The notes under the pieces were generated by a model that was not told where the DNA came from, did no database searches, and was given only the letters and a program-made list of their open reading frames with translations. From the NCBI GenBank assembly GCA_963833985.1, contig CAWIAD010000002.1:4256001-4320000 (forward strand): DNA of 64,000 nucleotides. The letters run 5' to 3'. The translations under genes and the position numbers were made by a program. How positions within the stretch are numbered: the stretch's first letter is position 1; every line of letters starts with the position of its first letter. Shown piece after piece: positions 33,889 through 43,127 of the stretch. The stretch comes from an uncultured Planctomycetaceae bacterium (GTDB taxonomy: Bacteria; Planctomycetota; Planctomycetia; Isosphaerales; Isosphaeraceae).

Positions 33889-35824
33889 TCACTTCTTCTC
33901 CTCGAACTCGACGTCGATGACGTCCTCGGGCTTTTGCGATCCGTCACCGCCATTGGGCGACGCCGAGGGCCCCGGTCCGGCAGTTCCGCCTGGGCCCGCT
34001 GCTGCTGCGCCGGGTGCACCGGAGGAGTAGAGATGCTCCGACATCGCCTGGCTGGCCCGGGAGAGCTCGTCGATGGCACGGTTGATGGCCGCAACGTCCT
34101 CGGACTTGGCGGCCTCGTTGACCTTGTCGATGGCGGCGCGCAGGGCCGACTTGTCGGTCTCGCTGAGCTTCTCCTTGTGCTCCTCGAGGACTTTCTTCGA
34201 GCTGGTAGACGCGCTGCTCGGCCATGTTCCTGACCTCGACCAGCTCGCGGCGCTGCTTGTCGTCGGCCGCGTGCGACTCGGCGTCGCGCTGCATCCGATC
34301 GATCTCTTCCTTGCTCAGACCGCCCGACGATTCGATGCGGATGGTCTGCTCCTTCCCGGTCCCCTGGTCCCGGGCAGTGACGTTCAGGATGCCGTTGGAA
34401 TCGATGTTGAAGGCGACCTCGATCTTGGGGACGCCCATCCGTGCCGGCGGAATCCCTTCCAGATTGAAGTCTCCCAGGAACCGGTTGTCGCCGGCCATGG
34501 GGCGCTCGCCCTGATAGACCTTGATCGTGACGGCGGTCTGGTTGTCCTCGGCCGTCGTGAAGACTTCCTTCTTCTCGGTCGGGATCGTGGTGTTCCGCGG
34601 CACCAGCACGGTCATCACCCCCCCCTTGGTTTCCAGACCAAGCGAGAGCGGAGTCACATCGAGCAGCAGCACCTGCTTGACGTCGCCGGTCAAAACCGCG
34701 CCCTGGATGGCCGCACCGACGGCGACAACCTCGTCGGGGTTGACGCCCTTGTGCGGGTCCTTGCCGAAGATCTCCTTGACGATCTGCTGGACTCGCGGCA
34801 TGCGCGTTGAGCCGCCGACAAGGACGACCTCATCGATCTGGTTCGGCTTCAGCTTGGCGTCATCAAGGGCCTTGATGACCGGTCCCCGGCAACGCTCGAA
34901 CAGGCTGTCAGTCAGCTTCTCGAACTGCGAGCGGCTGATGGTCATGGCCATGTGCTTGGGACCGGAAGCGTCCGCCGTGATGAACGGCAGGTTGATGTCG
35001 GCCTGGGCCTGGAAGGAAAGGTCTTTCTTGGCCTTCTCGGCGGCTTCCTTGAGCCGCTGAAGAGCCATCTGGTCCTTGCGCAGGTCGATCCCCTGCTCCT
35101 TGCGGAACTCCTCGGCGATGTGGTTGATGAGGGCCTCATCCCAGTCGTCGCCGCCCAGGTGCGTATCGCCATTGGTCGAGAGCACCTCGAAGACGCCGTC
35201 GGCGACATCGAGGATCGAGATGTCGAAGGTGCCCCCGCCCAGGTCGAACACCGCGATCTTCTCGTTCTTCTTCTTCTCGAGGCCGTATGCCAGGGCCGCC
35301 GCCGTCGGCTCGTTGATGATCCGCGCAACCTCGAGCCCGGCAATCTGGCCGGCATCCTTGGTCGCCTGCCGCTGGCTGTCATTGAAATAAGCCGGTACCG
35401 TGATCACCGCCTTGCGGACCTTGTGTCCGAGGTAACTCTCGGCGGCTTCCCTCAGCTTGCGCAGGATCAGCGCGGAGACCTCCGGCGGCGTGTAATCCTT
35501 GTTATTGATGTGCACCTTCACAAAGTCGCTCGGTCCGCCCACCACCTCGTAGGGGACCATCTTCTCCTCGTTGCGGACTTCCTCGTGACGGCGGCCCATG
35601 AACCGCTTGATCGAGTAAACCGTTCCTCGAGGGTTCGTGATCGCCTGACGCTTCGCCGGCTCGCCAACCAGAACCTCCCCCTTGGATGTGAATGCAACCA
35701 CCGAGGGCGTCAAACGGCTCCCTTCCTGGTTCGGGATCACCGTCACGTCCGAGCCTTCCATCACCGCGACGACGCTATTGGTCGTACCCAGGTCGATTCC
35801 GATAATTCTTTCACCTTCCGCCAC
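33889..35824 (-). CDS. dnaK: Hsp70 chaperone DnaK; +1 frameshift near 34196
   Basis: [49 protein letters not shown] start with RBS AGGAGA; shifted frame ends [12 protein letters not shown]. Confidence 0.96.
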
Positions 35825-35992
35825 GACCCGTCTCCTTTCCCACGTTGAGCGGTGATGTGAACGCGCGCCCGGACACGTCGTCCCGACGCAGCGAGCTTCA
35901 GCAACCGATTGGCAAGCCAGACTGGCCATCACGCCCGCAGCCGCTTGCCAGCAACGCCTGATGTCACCGTCTCACAAGATGATCCTCCATTG

Positions 35993-36008
35993 AGCAAGCT
36001 CCATGCCA
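35993..36008 (-). promoter_or_regulatory. sigma54 (-24/-12) promoter upstream of dnaK-clpB
   Basis: Minus strand reads TGGCATGGAGCTTGCT, about 170 bp upstream of the dnaK start. Confidence 0.7.
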
Positions 36009-36513
36009 GAGCCCCACGTCCCCTGCGCAGTTGGCTTAAATCGCGATTGCAGCAACTTTTAGAGCAAGGTTTCTGGTGCGCATGGGCTCACCGTTGCTTC
36101 CCTGAACCTGCCAGAACGACAGTCTCGCTTTCGGGCATCCAGAACGGCTGCAAAAATGGCACCCGCTTGTGGTACTCGGCTGGAAAGTGGTCCCCGTGTC
36201 ACGGACCCGCACGCGGGTGGGAGACCTCGTCGCGCCCGCAGCGCCGGGCCGCCCACGCTTCCGTGGACCGCCGGGCCGGAAACCGCTTGACAGAGCCGTT
36301 TTTTTCTTGTAATTACTTATCGCTCAGAAGCTTGCGTCTGACATGAAGTTTTACCCCGAGCCCGGACCTGGTGCCTACTCGCCGGCTCACCACGTGAGCA
36401 ACTGCACCGCAAGCCCTGACAATGATGGATGTTGCGCACGGTACGTACGACTTCCCCCGAACTTCCGGGATCTTGCTCCAGGTTCGTGACTTTGTCTCTC
36501 GTCGAGTGGACTG

Positions 36514-37686
36514 ATGGCCCGCAAGCCCGCCCCGAACAATCGCATTTCCTCGAACGCGAAGGCAACCGTCGCCGAGTCGCCCGAAACCAAACGCGCACCA
36601 ACGTTGACGACCCTGCGCAGCGAGATCGACCAGGTCGATCAGAATCTCGTGGGTCTGCTCAATCGCAGGGCCGAGATCGCCGCCCAGATCGGGCAGATCA
36701 AGCATCATCAGGGTCTCGAGGTCTGGTCCGCCGCGCGCGAGGATGAGGTCATCGCGAAGGCCCTCGCAGCCAGCCAGGGCCCGCTCCCCATCGAGACGTT
36801 ACGGCTCATCTTTCGCGAGCTCATGAGCGGGTCGCGCTCGCTTCAGCGGTCGCTCCGTGTTGCTTGCCTGGGACCCAAGTATAGCTACAGCTACCTGGCC
36901 GCGGTGGCGAAGTTCGGCGAAGCGGTGGAGCACGTCCCGGTCGGGTCCATCGCGGCGGTCTTCGAGGAGCTGAACCGCCGGCATGTCCAGTTCGGCATCG
37001 TCCCGCTGGAAAACTCGACCGACGGGCGAATCGCCGACACGCTGGACATGTTCATCAAACTGCCCAACGTGAAGATCCGGGCCGAGATCAAGCTCAGGAT
37101 CCATCATTGCTTGCTGGGGCGATCCGAGTGGGGTCAGGTACGTCGCGTGTACTCGAAGTACCAGGCACTCTCGCAATGCCGCAACTGGCTCGGCAAGAAC
37201 TTGCCCCAAGCAATGAAGGTCGAGGTGGTTTCCACGGCCGCCGCCGCCGAGCTGGCCCAGCGCGAGGAATTCGCGGCCGCGGTGGCCAGCCGCGCCGCCG
37301 CTCAGGCGTACCGGCTCAATATCCTGGCGGAGAACATCGAGGACCAGGTCCACAACGTGACCCGCTTTGCCGTGCTCGCCGAGGTGGCCGAGCAGCCTAC
37401 CGGACGCGACAAGACCTCGCTCATGCTCAGGCTGCCGAACCAGGTCGGGTCGCTGGTCAAGACGATCTCGCCGTTCGAGAAGTTCGGCGTCAACCTGACC
37501 TGGATCGAGTCCTTCCCGATCCCCAACTCGCAAGGCGATAGCGACCCCGCCTACCTGTTCTTCGTCGATATCGACGGGCACGAGTCGGATCCCCAGGTCC
37601 AGAAAGCGGTCGACGCCGTCCGCAAGCGCTGCGAGCGGCTCGACGTCCTGGGCTCCTACCCCCGGAGCAAGGTGATCGAGGCGTGA
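36514..37686 (+). CDS. pheA: chorismate mutase/prephenate dehydratase
   Basis: LRSEIDQVD..LL..RAEIA..IG; GIVPLENSTDG; QALSQC; NVTRF; VNLTWIESFP; VLGSYP. Confidence 0.95.
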   Translation: MARKPAPNNRISSNAKATVAESPETKRAPTLTTLRSEIDQVDQNLVGLLNRRAEIAAQIGQIKHHQGLEVWSAAREDEVIAKALAASQGPLPIETLRLIFRELMSGSRSLQRSLRVACLGPKYSYSYLAAVAKFGEAVEHVPVGSIAAVFEELNRRHVQFGIVPLENSTDGRIADTLDMFIKLPNVKIRAEIKLRIHHCLLGRSEWGQVRRVYSKYQALSQCRNWLGKNLPQAMKVEVVSTAAAAELAQREEFAAAVASRAAAQAYRLNILAENIEDQVHNVTRFAVLAEVAEQPTGRDKTSLMLRLPNQVGSLVKTISPFEKFGVNLTWIESFPIPNSQGDSDPAYLFFVDIDGHESDPQVQKAVDAVRKRCERLDVLGSYPRSKVIEA

Positions 37687-37729
37687 ACCCTCCGCGCTCG
37701 GCACCGTAGCGCAGCGGGCCGACGGCTCG

Positions 37730-38395
37730 TCAAGGACCAGGCGGTGCCGCCGGCAACGCGGGCATATCGGCCCCCATTCCGCCACGAGGCGGCTCGGACA
37801 GCCGCAACTGGTCAGCCTGCTGCTCCAGACTCATGGCGCGGTTCAGATCTCCCTTGAGACGGTAGGCCCGGCTCAGGTTATACACCGGGTCGATCGAACC
37901 AGGGTTCAGCTTGACCGCCAGTTCCAGTGCGCTCACGGCCTCGCGCAGCTCGTGGCGACTGATCGCCAGCCTCCCGAGATCGAGCCATGCGGCCCCATGC
38001 CCGGGGTCCAGGGCGACGGCCCGACGCCAGCACCGTTCGGCTTCGTCCAGGTTCCCTTCGGCCTCGAAGGCGATGCCTGCGAGCTCGAGTGCGTCCGCGT
38101 TCGCGGCCGGAGACGAGACCGCTCCCAGCACCTCCCGCGCCGCGGCGGGACGGCCGGACTTCAGGAGAGCCCGTGCTTGCTCCAGACTCCGCGTGGGCAC
38201 GGACCGATCGGGCCGCGCCAGGGGCTCCTTCCTGAAGCGGCTCCAGGCAATCACGATCGTCGGCAAGAGTGCCGTCAGCAGGGCGGCACAGACAACGAGG
38301 ATCACGGCTGACGGGCGTGGCTGCCCCGGAAGCCGGCGCGGGCTGCCGTCCAGGCCCGCACGACTGTTGCTGAGTCGCTGTTCAGGTACACTCAT
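37730..38395 (-). CDS. membrane-anchored TPR protein
   Basis: TM VILVVCAALLTALLPTIVIAW; TPR repeats (EAERCWRRAVALDP, AWLDLG, YNLSRAY); joined to selD in the ORF track, apparently by a frameshift. Confidence 0.75.
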   Translation of the reverse strand: MSVPEQRLSNSRAGLDGSPRRLPGQPRPSAVILVVCAALLTALLPTIVIAWSRFRKEPLARPDRSVPTRSLEQARALLKSGRPAAAREVLGAVSSPAANADALELAGIAFEAEGNLDEAERCWRRAVALDPGHGAAWLDLGRLAISRHELREAVSALELAVKLNPGSIDPVYNLSRAYRLKGDLNRAMSLEQQADQLRLSEPPRGGMGADMPALPAAPPGP

Positions 38396-38480
38396 GATTC
38401 TGGTCGCACTGGCCCGGCGCGGGAGTTCCGCAGCGCCGGTACCGTTTGCAACAGGCAGCCCGGCTTCGTGCCTCCGCGCG

Positions 38481-39535
38481 TCACACGAGCATGATCGCGA
38501 TCTGGCCGGCCCTCGGCCGGCGCGGCCCACGATGGCTGCGGCCGCAGTGCCGCGGGCTTGCAGCTCGGAGACCAGGCGATCGGCCTGCTCAGGGCCAACC
38601 GCGATCAAAAGCCCGCCCGAGGTCTGGGCGTCGAAGACGAACTCCAGCAGCAGCGGATCCACGGCCGGCTCGACGCTGAGACGGCCCGCCAGGAACTCCC
38701 GGTTGGTCTTGCTGGCTCGAGTGTAGTATCGCGCGACAGCCAGCGGCAAGGCACCCTCGATCAGCGGCAGGCTGGCGACGTCGATCTCGAAGGTCAGGCC
38801 CGCCCCCTGGGCCATCTCGCAGGCATGACCGGCCAGTCCGTAGCCCGTGACGTCGGTCACCGCGTGCACCCCTCCGGCGGCGCGGAGGGCGTCGCGGGCG
38901 GAGGCGTTCAGCGCGATCATCTGCGTGACGGCGCAATCAAGCACCCCGAGGGGACACTCCTGGCGCTTGGCGGCCGTGGTCACGAAACCGGTGCCCAGCG
39001 GCTTGGTCAGCACCAGGACGTCTCCCGGCTGCGCGCCCGCGTTGGTGAGGATCTCGGCCGGGTGAATCAGCCCGGTCACGCTCAGGCCGAACTTGATCTC
39101 CTTGTCACGCACGGTGTGGCCGCCCAGCGTGGCTGCCCCGGCCAGCGCGACCCGGTCGCTGGCACCCCGGAGGATCTCCCCCAGGATCTCCATGGGAAGC
39201 TCGTCGTCAGGAAACGCTGCGATGTTCAGCACCGTGACCGGACGGCCGTTCATCGCGTAAACATCCGAGAGCGCATTGGCGGCTGCGATCTGGCCGAAGG
39301 TGAAGGGATCGTCCACCAGCGGCGGAAAGAAATCGAGCGTCTGCACGAGCGCGAGGTCGTCCGAGAGGCGGTACACACCCGCATCGTCCATGGTCTCGGT
39401 GGCGACCAGCACGTCGGAGTTGCCACGCGCGAAAGGCCCGGCGCGCAGAACCTGCGCGATCCCCATGGGGGATATCTTGCCTGCTCACCCCGCACAGTTC
39501 GCGTAGTCAGTCAGTCTCTTCTCTCGTCCAGACAT
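38481..39535 (-). CDS. selD: selenide, water dikinase (selenophosphate synthetase), selenocysteine at codon 17
   Basis: MSGREKRLTDYANCAG-UGA-AGKISP...DDAGVY, QTLDFFPP, AANALSDVYAM, GGHT, TDVTGYGL.GH, DAQTSGGLL; -1 shift near 38515 restores ...QIAIMLV*. Confidence 0.95.
39442..39458 (-). promoter_or_regulatory. putative bacterial SECIS of selD
   Basis: CGCGCAG-GUU-CUGCGCG perfect 7-bp stem; loop starts 33 nt after UGA; core resembles E. coli fdhF GCAGGUCUGC. Confidence 0.7.
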
Positions 39536-39589
39536 ACGTCGGCGCGCGAATCCTTTCTCGATGCCGGCCGTTTCCGACCGCACATAAGT

Positions 39590-39829
39590 TCAAACGTTCA
39601 GAGCCTTGCCGATTTCATCGAGCAGCGCCTGTTCGTCAGGAAACTTCCCCGTCTCGAGCTTCGAGTATAACCTCTTGCCGCCGACGCTGAGCTCGAAGCA
39701 GCCTCCCTTCGAAGGAATCATCACGAACCGGCTGATCGACTGCTTGTACCGGGGCAGGACCTTGGCCGTCAAACTGACGGCCTGGGGCTCGTAGTTTCAA
39801 AGCGAACAGTATTCCAGCACGACTTCCAT
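39590..39829 (-). CDS. Rdx family (SelW/SelT/SelH-like) selenoprotein, CxxU
   Basis: MEVVLEYCSL-UGA-NYEPQAVSLTAKVL...IPSKGGCFELSV.GK.LYSKLETGKFPDE. Confidence 0.93.
39764..39782 (-). promoter_or_regulatory. putative bacterial SECIS of the Rdx gene
   Basis: GGCCGUCA-GUU-UGACGGCC perfect 8-bp stem; loop starts 22 nt after UGA. Confidence 0.72.
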
Positions 39830-39903
39830 GGTTTCGGTCTCCCGTCTCGTTTCCCATCGCGCGTTGGCAACGGCTTGCACCCAGTTCCATCGTAGTTCCG
39901 CGG

Positions 39904-41112
39904 TCAAGCGGAACGGTTGTGGGAACCGGCAGGCACTCCTTCCGCGGGTTGCGGGTGTCCGGGGCTCGCGGGCGTTCCCACGGCCGCGGAGAGGGCGCGA
40001 TGCGACAACCCCGCCACCGGTGCGAACGCGGAATCCGTCACCACCGGCTCCGGAGACTGCCAGTCCACGCTCATCAGCTCCGCCCAGCGATTGAGCTCGG
40101 GCACGGCCTGAAAGACCAGCTTCAGGCTCACCGTGATCGGCATCGCCAGGATCAGGCCGATCAGCCCCCAGAGATACCCCCAGAACAGGCAGGCGATCAG
40201 CACCGTGGTACCGTTCAGGTCCAGTGAACGTCCCATCACCAGGGGAGTCACGAAATAGCCTTCCATGCCCACGACAGCCAGGTACATCGCGGCCACCAGG
40301 AGCGCATCGCCGATGGAGCCGGTCTGTCCCATCGCAATCGCGGTCGGCAGTGCCCCGCCGATGATCTGGCCGATGTAAGGGATGAAATTCGTCAGCGCGG
40401 CGAACAGTCCCAGGATCAAGGCAAAGTGCACGTTCATGCACCAGAGGCCGAAGGCGATCACCAGCCCCAGCCCCAGGTTGATCAGGGTGCGCGCCACCAG
40501 GTAATCGCGGATCTTGCGCGTCACCGCCGCAAGCATCGCGGAGGCTTTCTCCGCCTCACCGGTCGTGCGCGCGAAGAACCGCACCACCTTGCTGGTGAGC
40601 ATCGGCCCCTCCACCAGCAGAAAGATCACCAGCACGAGCACGATGAAGCCCTGGACCACCCATATCGAGAAGTCAGAGAGTCCTGCGCTCAGCTTGTCGA
40701 TCAAGAGCGCACTGTTGGTGTCGCCCAGCCGGTCGATCGTGCCAGGCTCCGGCAACACCGCACGAAGATACGGCTGATCGCGCGCCAGGTCGCTGATCCG
40801 TGCGCTCACCTGGCCGGCGAGCCGCTCGACGTCCGCCGGCAAGGTGTGCGTCGCCCGGAATAACCCCTCGGCCGTCAGGCTGGCCACGTACAGGCCACCC
40901 ATGAGCAGCAGGATGACGAGCGCCAGCCCGCCCGCCGGACCGAACGGGAACCAGCGGCGGACAAGCGCCGCGGCCGGGGAAAGCATGCAAGCCAGAACGA
41001 GGGCCAGTGCAACCGGAATCAGGATCATCCTGAGCAAGTACAGCGCTGCAATCACCCCCAGGACCGCCAGGATCACCTGGGAAGAGGCTGCGTACGTTCC
41101 CTGTCGATCCAA
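39904..41112 (-). CDS. AI-2E family transporter
   Basis: ILIPVALA..LA..LSP; YLVARTLIN; NFIPYIG; EGYFVTP.VMGRSL.LN; WGYLWG..G.ILA.P. Confidence 0.92.
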   Translation of the reverse strand: MDRQGTYAASSQVILAVLGVIAALYLLRMILIPVALALVLACMLSPAAALVRRWFPFGPAGGLALVILLLMGGLYVASLTAEGLFRATHTLPADVERLAGQVSARISDLARDQPYLRAVLPEPGTIDRLGDTNSALLIDKLSAGLSDFSIWVVQGFIVLVLVIFLLVEGPMLTSKVVRFFARTTGEAEKASAMLAAVTRKIRDYLVARTLINLGLGLVIAFGLWCMNVHFALILGLFAALTNFIPYIGQIIGGALPTAIAMGQTGSIGDALLVAAMYLAVVGMEGYFVTPLVMGRSLDLNGTTVLIACLFWGYLWGLIGLILAMPITVSLKLVFQAVPELNRWAELMSVDWQSPEPVVTDSAFAPVAGLSHRALSAAVGTPASPGHPQPAEGVPAGSHNRSA

Positions 41113-41149
41113 GTTCTTCCTCCGGGGAAGGTTACGGGCAGAGTTGGCG

Positions 41150-42184
41150 TCATCCGCCGGGAGGCTCGGGCGGCGGGCGATCTCCCTTCATCATTGCGCG
41201 GCCGCCAGTGGATCGCAAGGCATCCCTCTCGGTGTTCAAGAAGGCATCCGCCCGATCGGGTGCCACGAACCGCCGCAGCAGGGTGCGCAGGGTGGTCTCG
41301 GCCTGCTCAGGCAGATCTGGCACTCCGTGCGTGGCGGCAGCGGATGCAGAAACCAGCCCGAACCACGTTAGCCGTGCCGGCCAGTGCGCCAGCTCGGCCG
41401 CGCGATCGAAGCGCTCCTGCACCCGCAACCCCCAGACAACTCCCCAGTGATCGCGAAACCAGAACCACAGATCTTCCAGCGCGCCGCGGCCCTGTGACGG
41501 CCGCCGCGCCGCGCGATCCCCGAGGAACCAGCCAAGGGCCAGTGTCCAGGCAACCAGGGGCCAGGCCGCGGCACGCGTGGCGGCCGTCCATTCCCCGCGT
41601 GTCAGTGCCAGGTATTCCACAATGAATCCCGCCCCCACCGAGAGGGCTGCTCCGCAGTACCGCGTGGGAACGAAATTGGTCACCCCCGCCAGCACCAGCA
41701 GCCCGTAAAACACCGTCCAGGGTGAGTCCAGCTGCACTTGCCCCAACCCCTGGGCGCGCCGCAGCCGGCCTCCCGCTTCCAGCCAGGGAATCAAGAACAC
41801 GAGCATCAGAAGCACCATCAGGATCGCCCACGCTTTCCCGCCGGGGTTGCGTGCACCCAGCACCGAGATGAGCGCGGCCAGCAGCGCCAGGACCATGAGG
41901 TAAGTGATCCGCCCCGTCCACGGCCGGCCCGATTGGGGCACTTCCAGGAAACCTTGCACCTGGGCCAGCACACCCAGCACGATGCCCAGGCCGGCCCACA
42001 CCAGTGCCCCTCGGAGTGCCGTCTGCTCGGCGTTCCGCCAGGCGGCCCGCCAGCTCGGGATCGCACCACCGAGCGCCAGGAGAACTCCGCAGGCAGCGCA
42101 CCGGGGGTCAATGGCCGTGAGCACACCCGAGATCACGATGCAAGCAGCCCAGAGCCGCAAGTACACTAACATCCACGCAGTCAT
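41150..42184 (-). CDS. hypothetical integral membrane protein
   Basis: Multiple TM helices; LGARNPG..AW; W.WFRD.WG.VW..RV.ERF. Confidence 0.7.
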   Translation of the reverse strand: MTAWMLVYLRLWAACIVISGVLTAIDPRCAACGVLLALGGAIPSWRAAWRNAEQTALRGALVWAGLGIVLGVLAQVQGFLEVPQSGRPWTGRITYLMVLALLAALISVLGARNPGGKAWAILMVLLMLVFLIPWLEAGGRLRRAQGLGQVQLDSPWTVFYGLLVLAGVTNFVPTRYCGAALSVGAGFIVEYLALTRGEWTAATRAAAWPLVAWTLALGWFLGDRAARRPSQGRGALEDLWFWFRDHWGVVWGLRVQERFDRAAELAHWPARLTWFGLVSASAAATHGVPDLPEQAETTLRTLLRRFVAPDRADAFLNTERDALRSTGGRAMMKGDRPPPEPPGG

Positions 42185-42314
42185 GTGCCCATCTCGGAGA
42201 TTTAATCTGGAGGCTTTAGGTAAAATTGACAATCCGCCTTGTCGCAGACGTTATACTTGGAAAGAGGAAATCAAGGTGTGCCGCAGGAGTCGGCGATTCT
42301 CGAGAGTCTATCCG

Positions 42315-43061
42315 ATGGTCACAACGACGGTGAGTGCGGTTCTGGTGTGGGCATCGCTGGGTCTCTTCCATTGCGGGCACGACAAGGTGCGCGAGGAGTG
42401 CACGGTCTGCACTGAGGAGGCTCCGGCGGTCCTGGCGCAGATTTCCAGGCTGGAATCGTGCTCGGGCTGGATGGCCCGGCGCAAGGCGGCGCGGGTGCTG
42501 CGAAGGTACGACTGGAAATCTCATCCCGAGGCGGCGGAAGCCCTGTCCGAGGCTCTACTGCACGACGATTGCAACCTGGTGCGGCAGGAAGCGGCCGAGT
42601 CACTGGCCCGGATGCGCCCGTGCCTCCCCGACGTTCATGCGGCGGTGCTGAAAGCGGCGAAGTGCGATCCGAGCTTGCTCACGCGATGCGCGGCCAGGAA
42701 GGCCCTGAAGTCACTGGGCAAGTCGTGCATCGAACCCTGCTCGATCTGCGGGCCGGCGGATGTCCTGCCGGGCGAGGTTGTGCTGCCGATGCCGCCCTCG
42801 ACCGGCCCGCTACCGTTGGATTCGACGGTGGAACCCCTGCCCGCCGAGCCGATGGAAGTTCCCGGCTCGCCGTCCGACCTCTCGCCCTTCAGCCCCGGAG
42901 CCAGCCCGCCCTTGCCGTCCGCGGTTCCTGGTCCCGCCATGCTGCGCCGGCCGGTCGCCCCGCGGACGCCCGTAGTGGAGGGCCCATCGTTGACGGGCCC
43001 GCTCGGCTTGCGGGGTCCGCGCCCGAACCTGGCGGGCACCCTGCTGGGCAGCGACGATTGA
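42315..43061 (+). CDS. exported Cys-rich HEAT-repeat protein with Pro-rich tail
   Basis: Signal-like N-terminus; HEAT motifs (AL.EALLHD...VRQEAAESL); CTVC and CIEPCSIC. Confidence 0.7.
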   Translation: MVTTTVSAVLVWASLGLFHCGHDKVREECTVCTEEAPAVLAQISRLESCSGWMARRKAARVLRRYDWKSHPEAAEALSEALLHDDCNLVRQEAAESLARMRPCLPDVHAAVLKAAKCDPSLLTRCAARKALKSLGKSCIEPCSICGPADVLPGEVVLPMPPSTGPLPLDSTVEPLPAEPMEVPGSPSDLSPFSPGASPPLPSAVPGPAMLRRPVAPRTPVVEGPSLTGPLGLRGPRPNLAGTLLGSDD

Positions 43062-43127
43062 TCGCTCAAGCGGGCCGGCCACGCCGGGCCAGCCCCACCG
43101 GAAGTCTCTCTGCCGGCATCGGTTCCA

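Noticed and set aside
37730..39466. Apparent SelD-TPR fusion protein (578 aa ORF)
   Set aside because: A single-base restoration near 38515 gives a normal SelD end (QIAIMLV*, stop 38481-38483). The linker reads out of frame, and the TPR gene has its own ATG and TM anchor.
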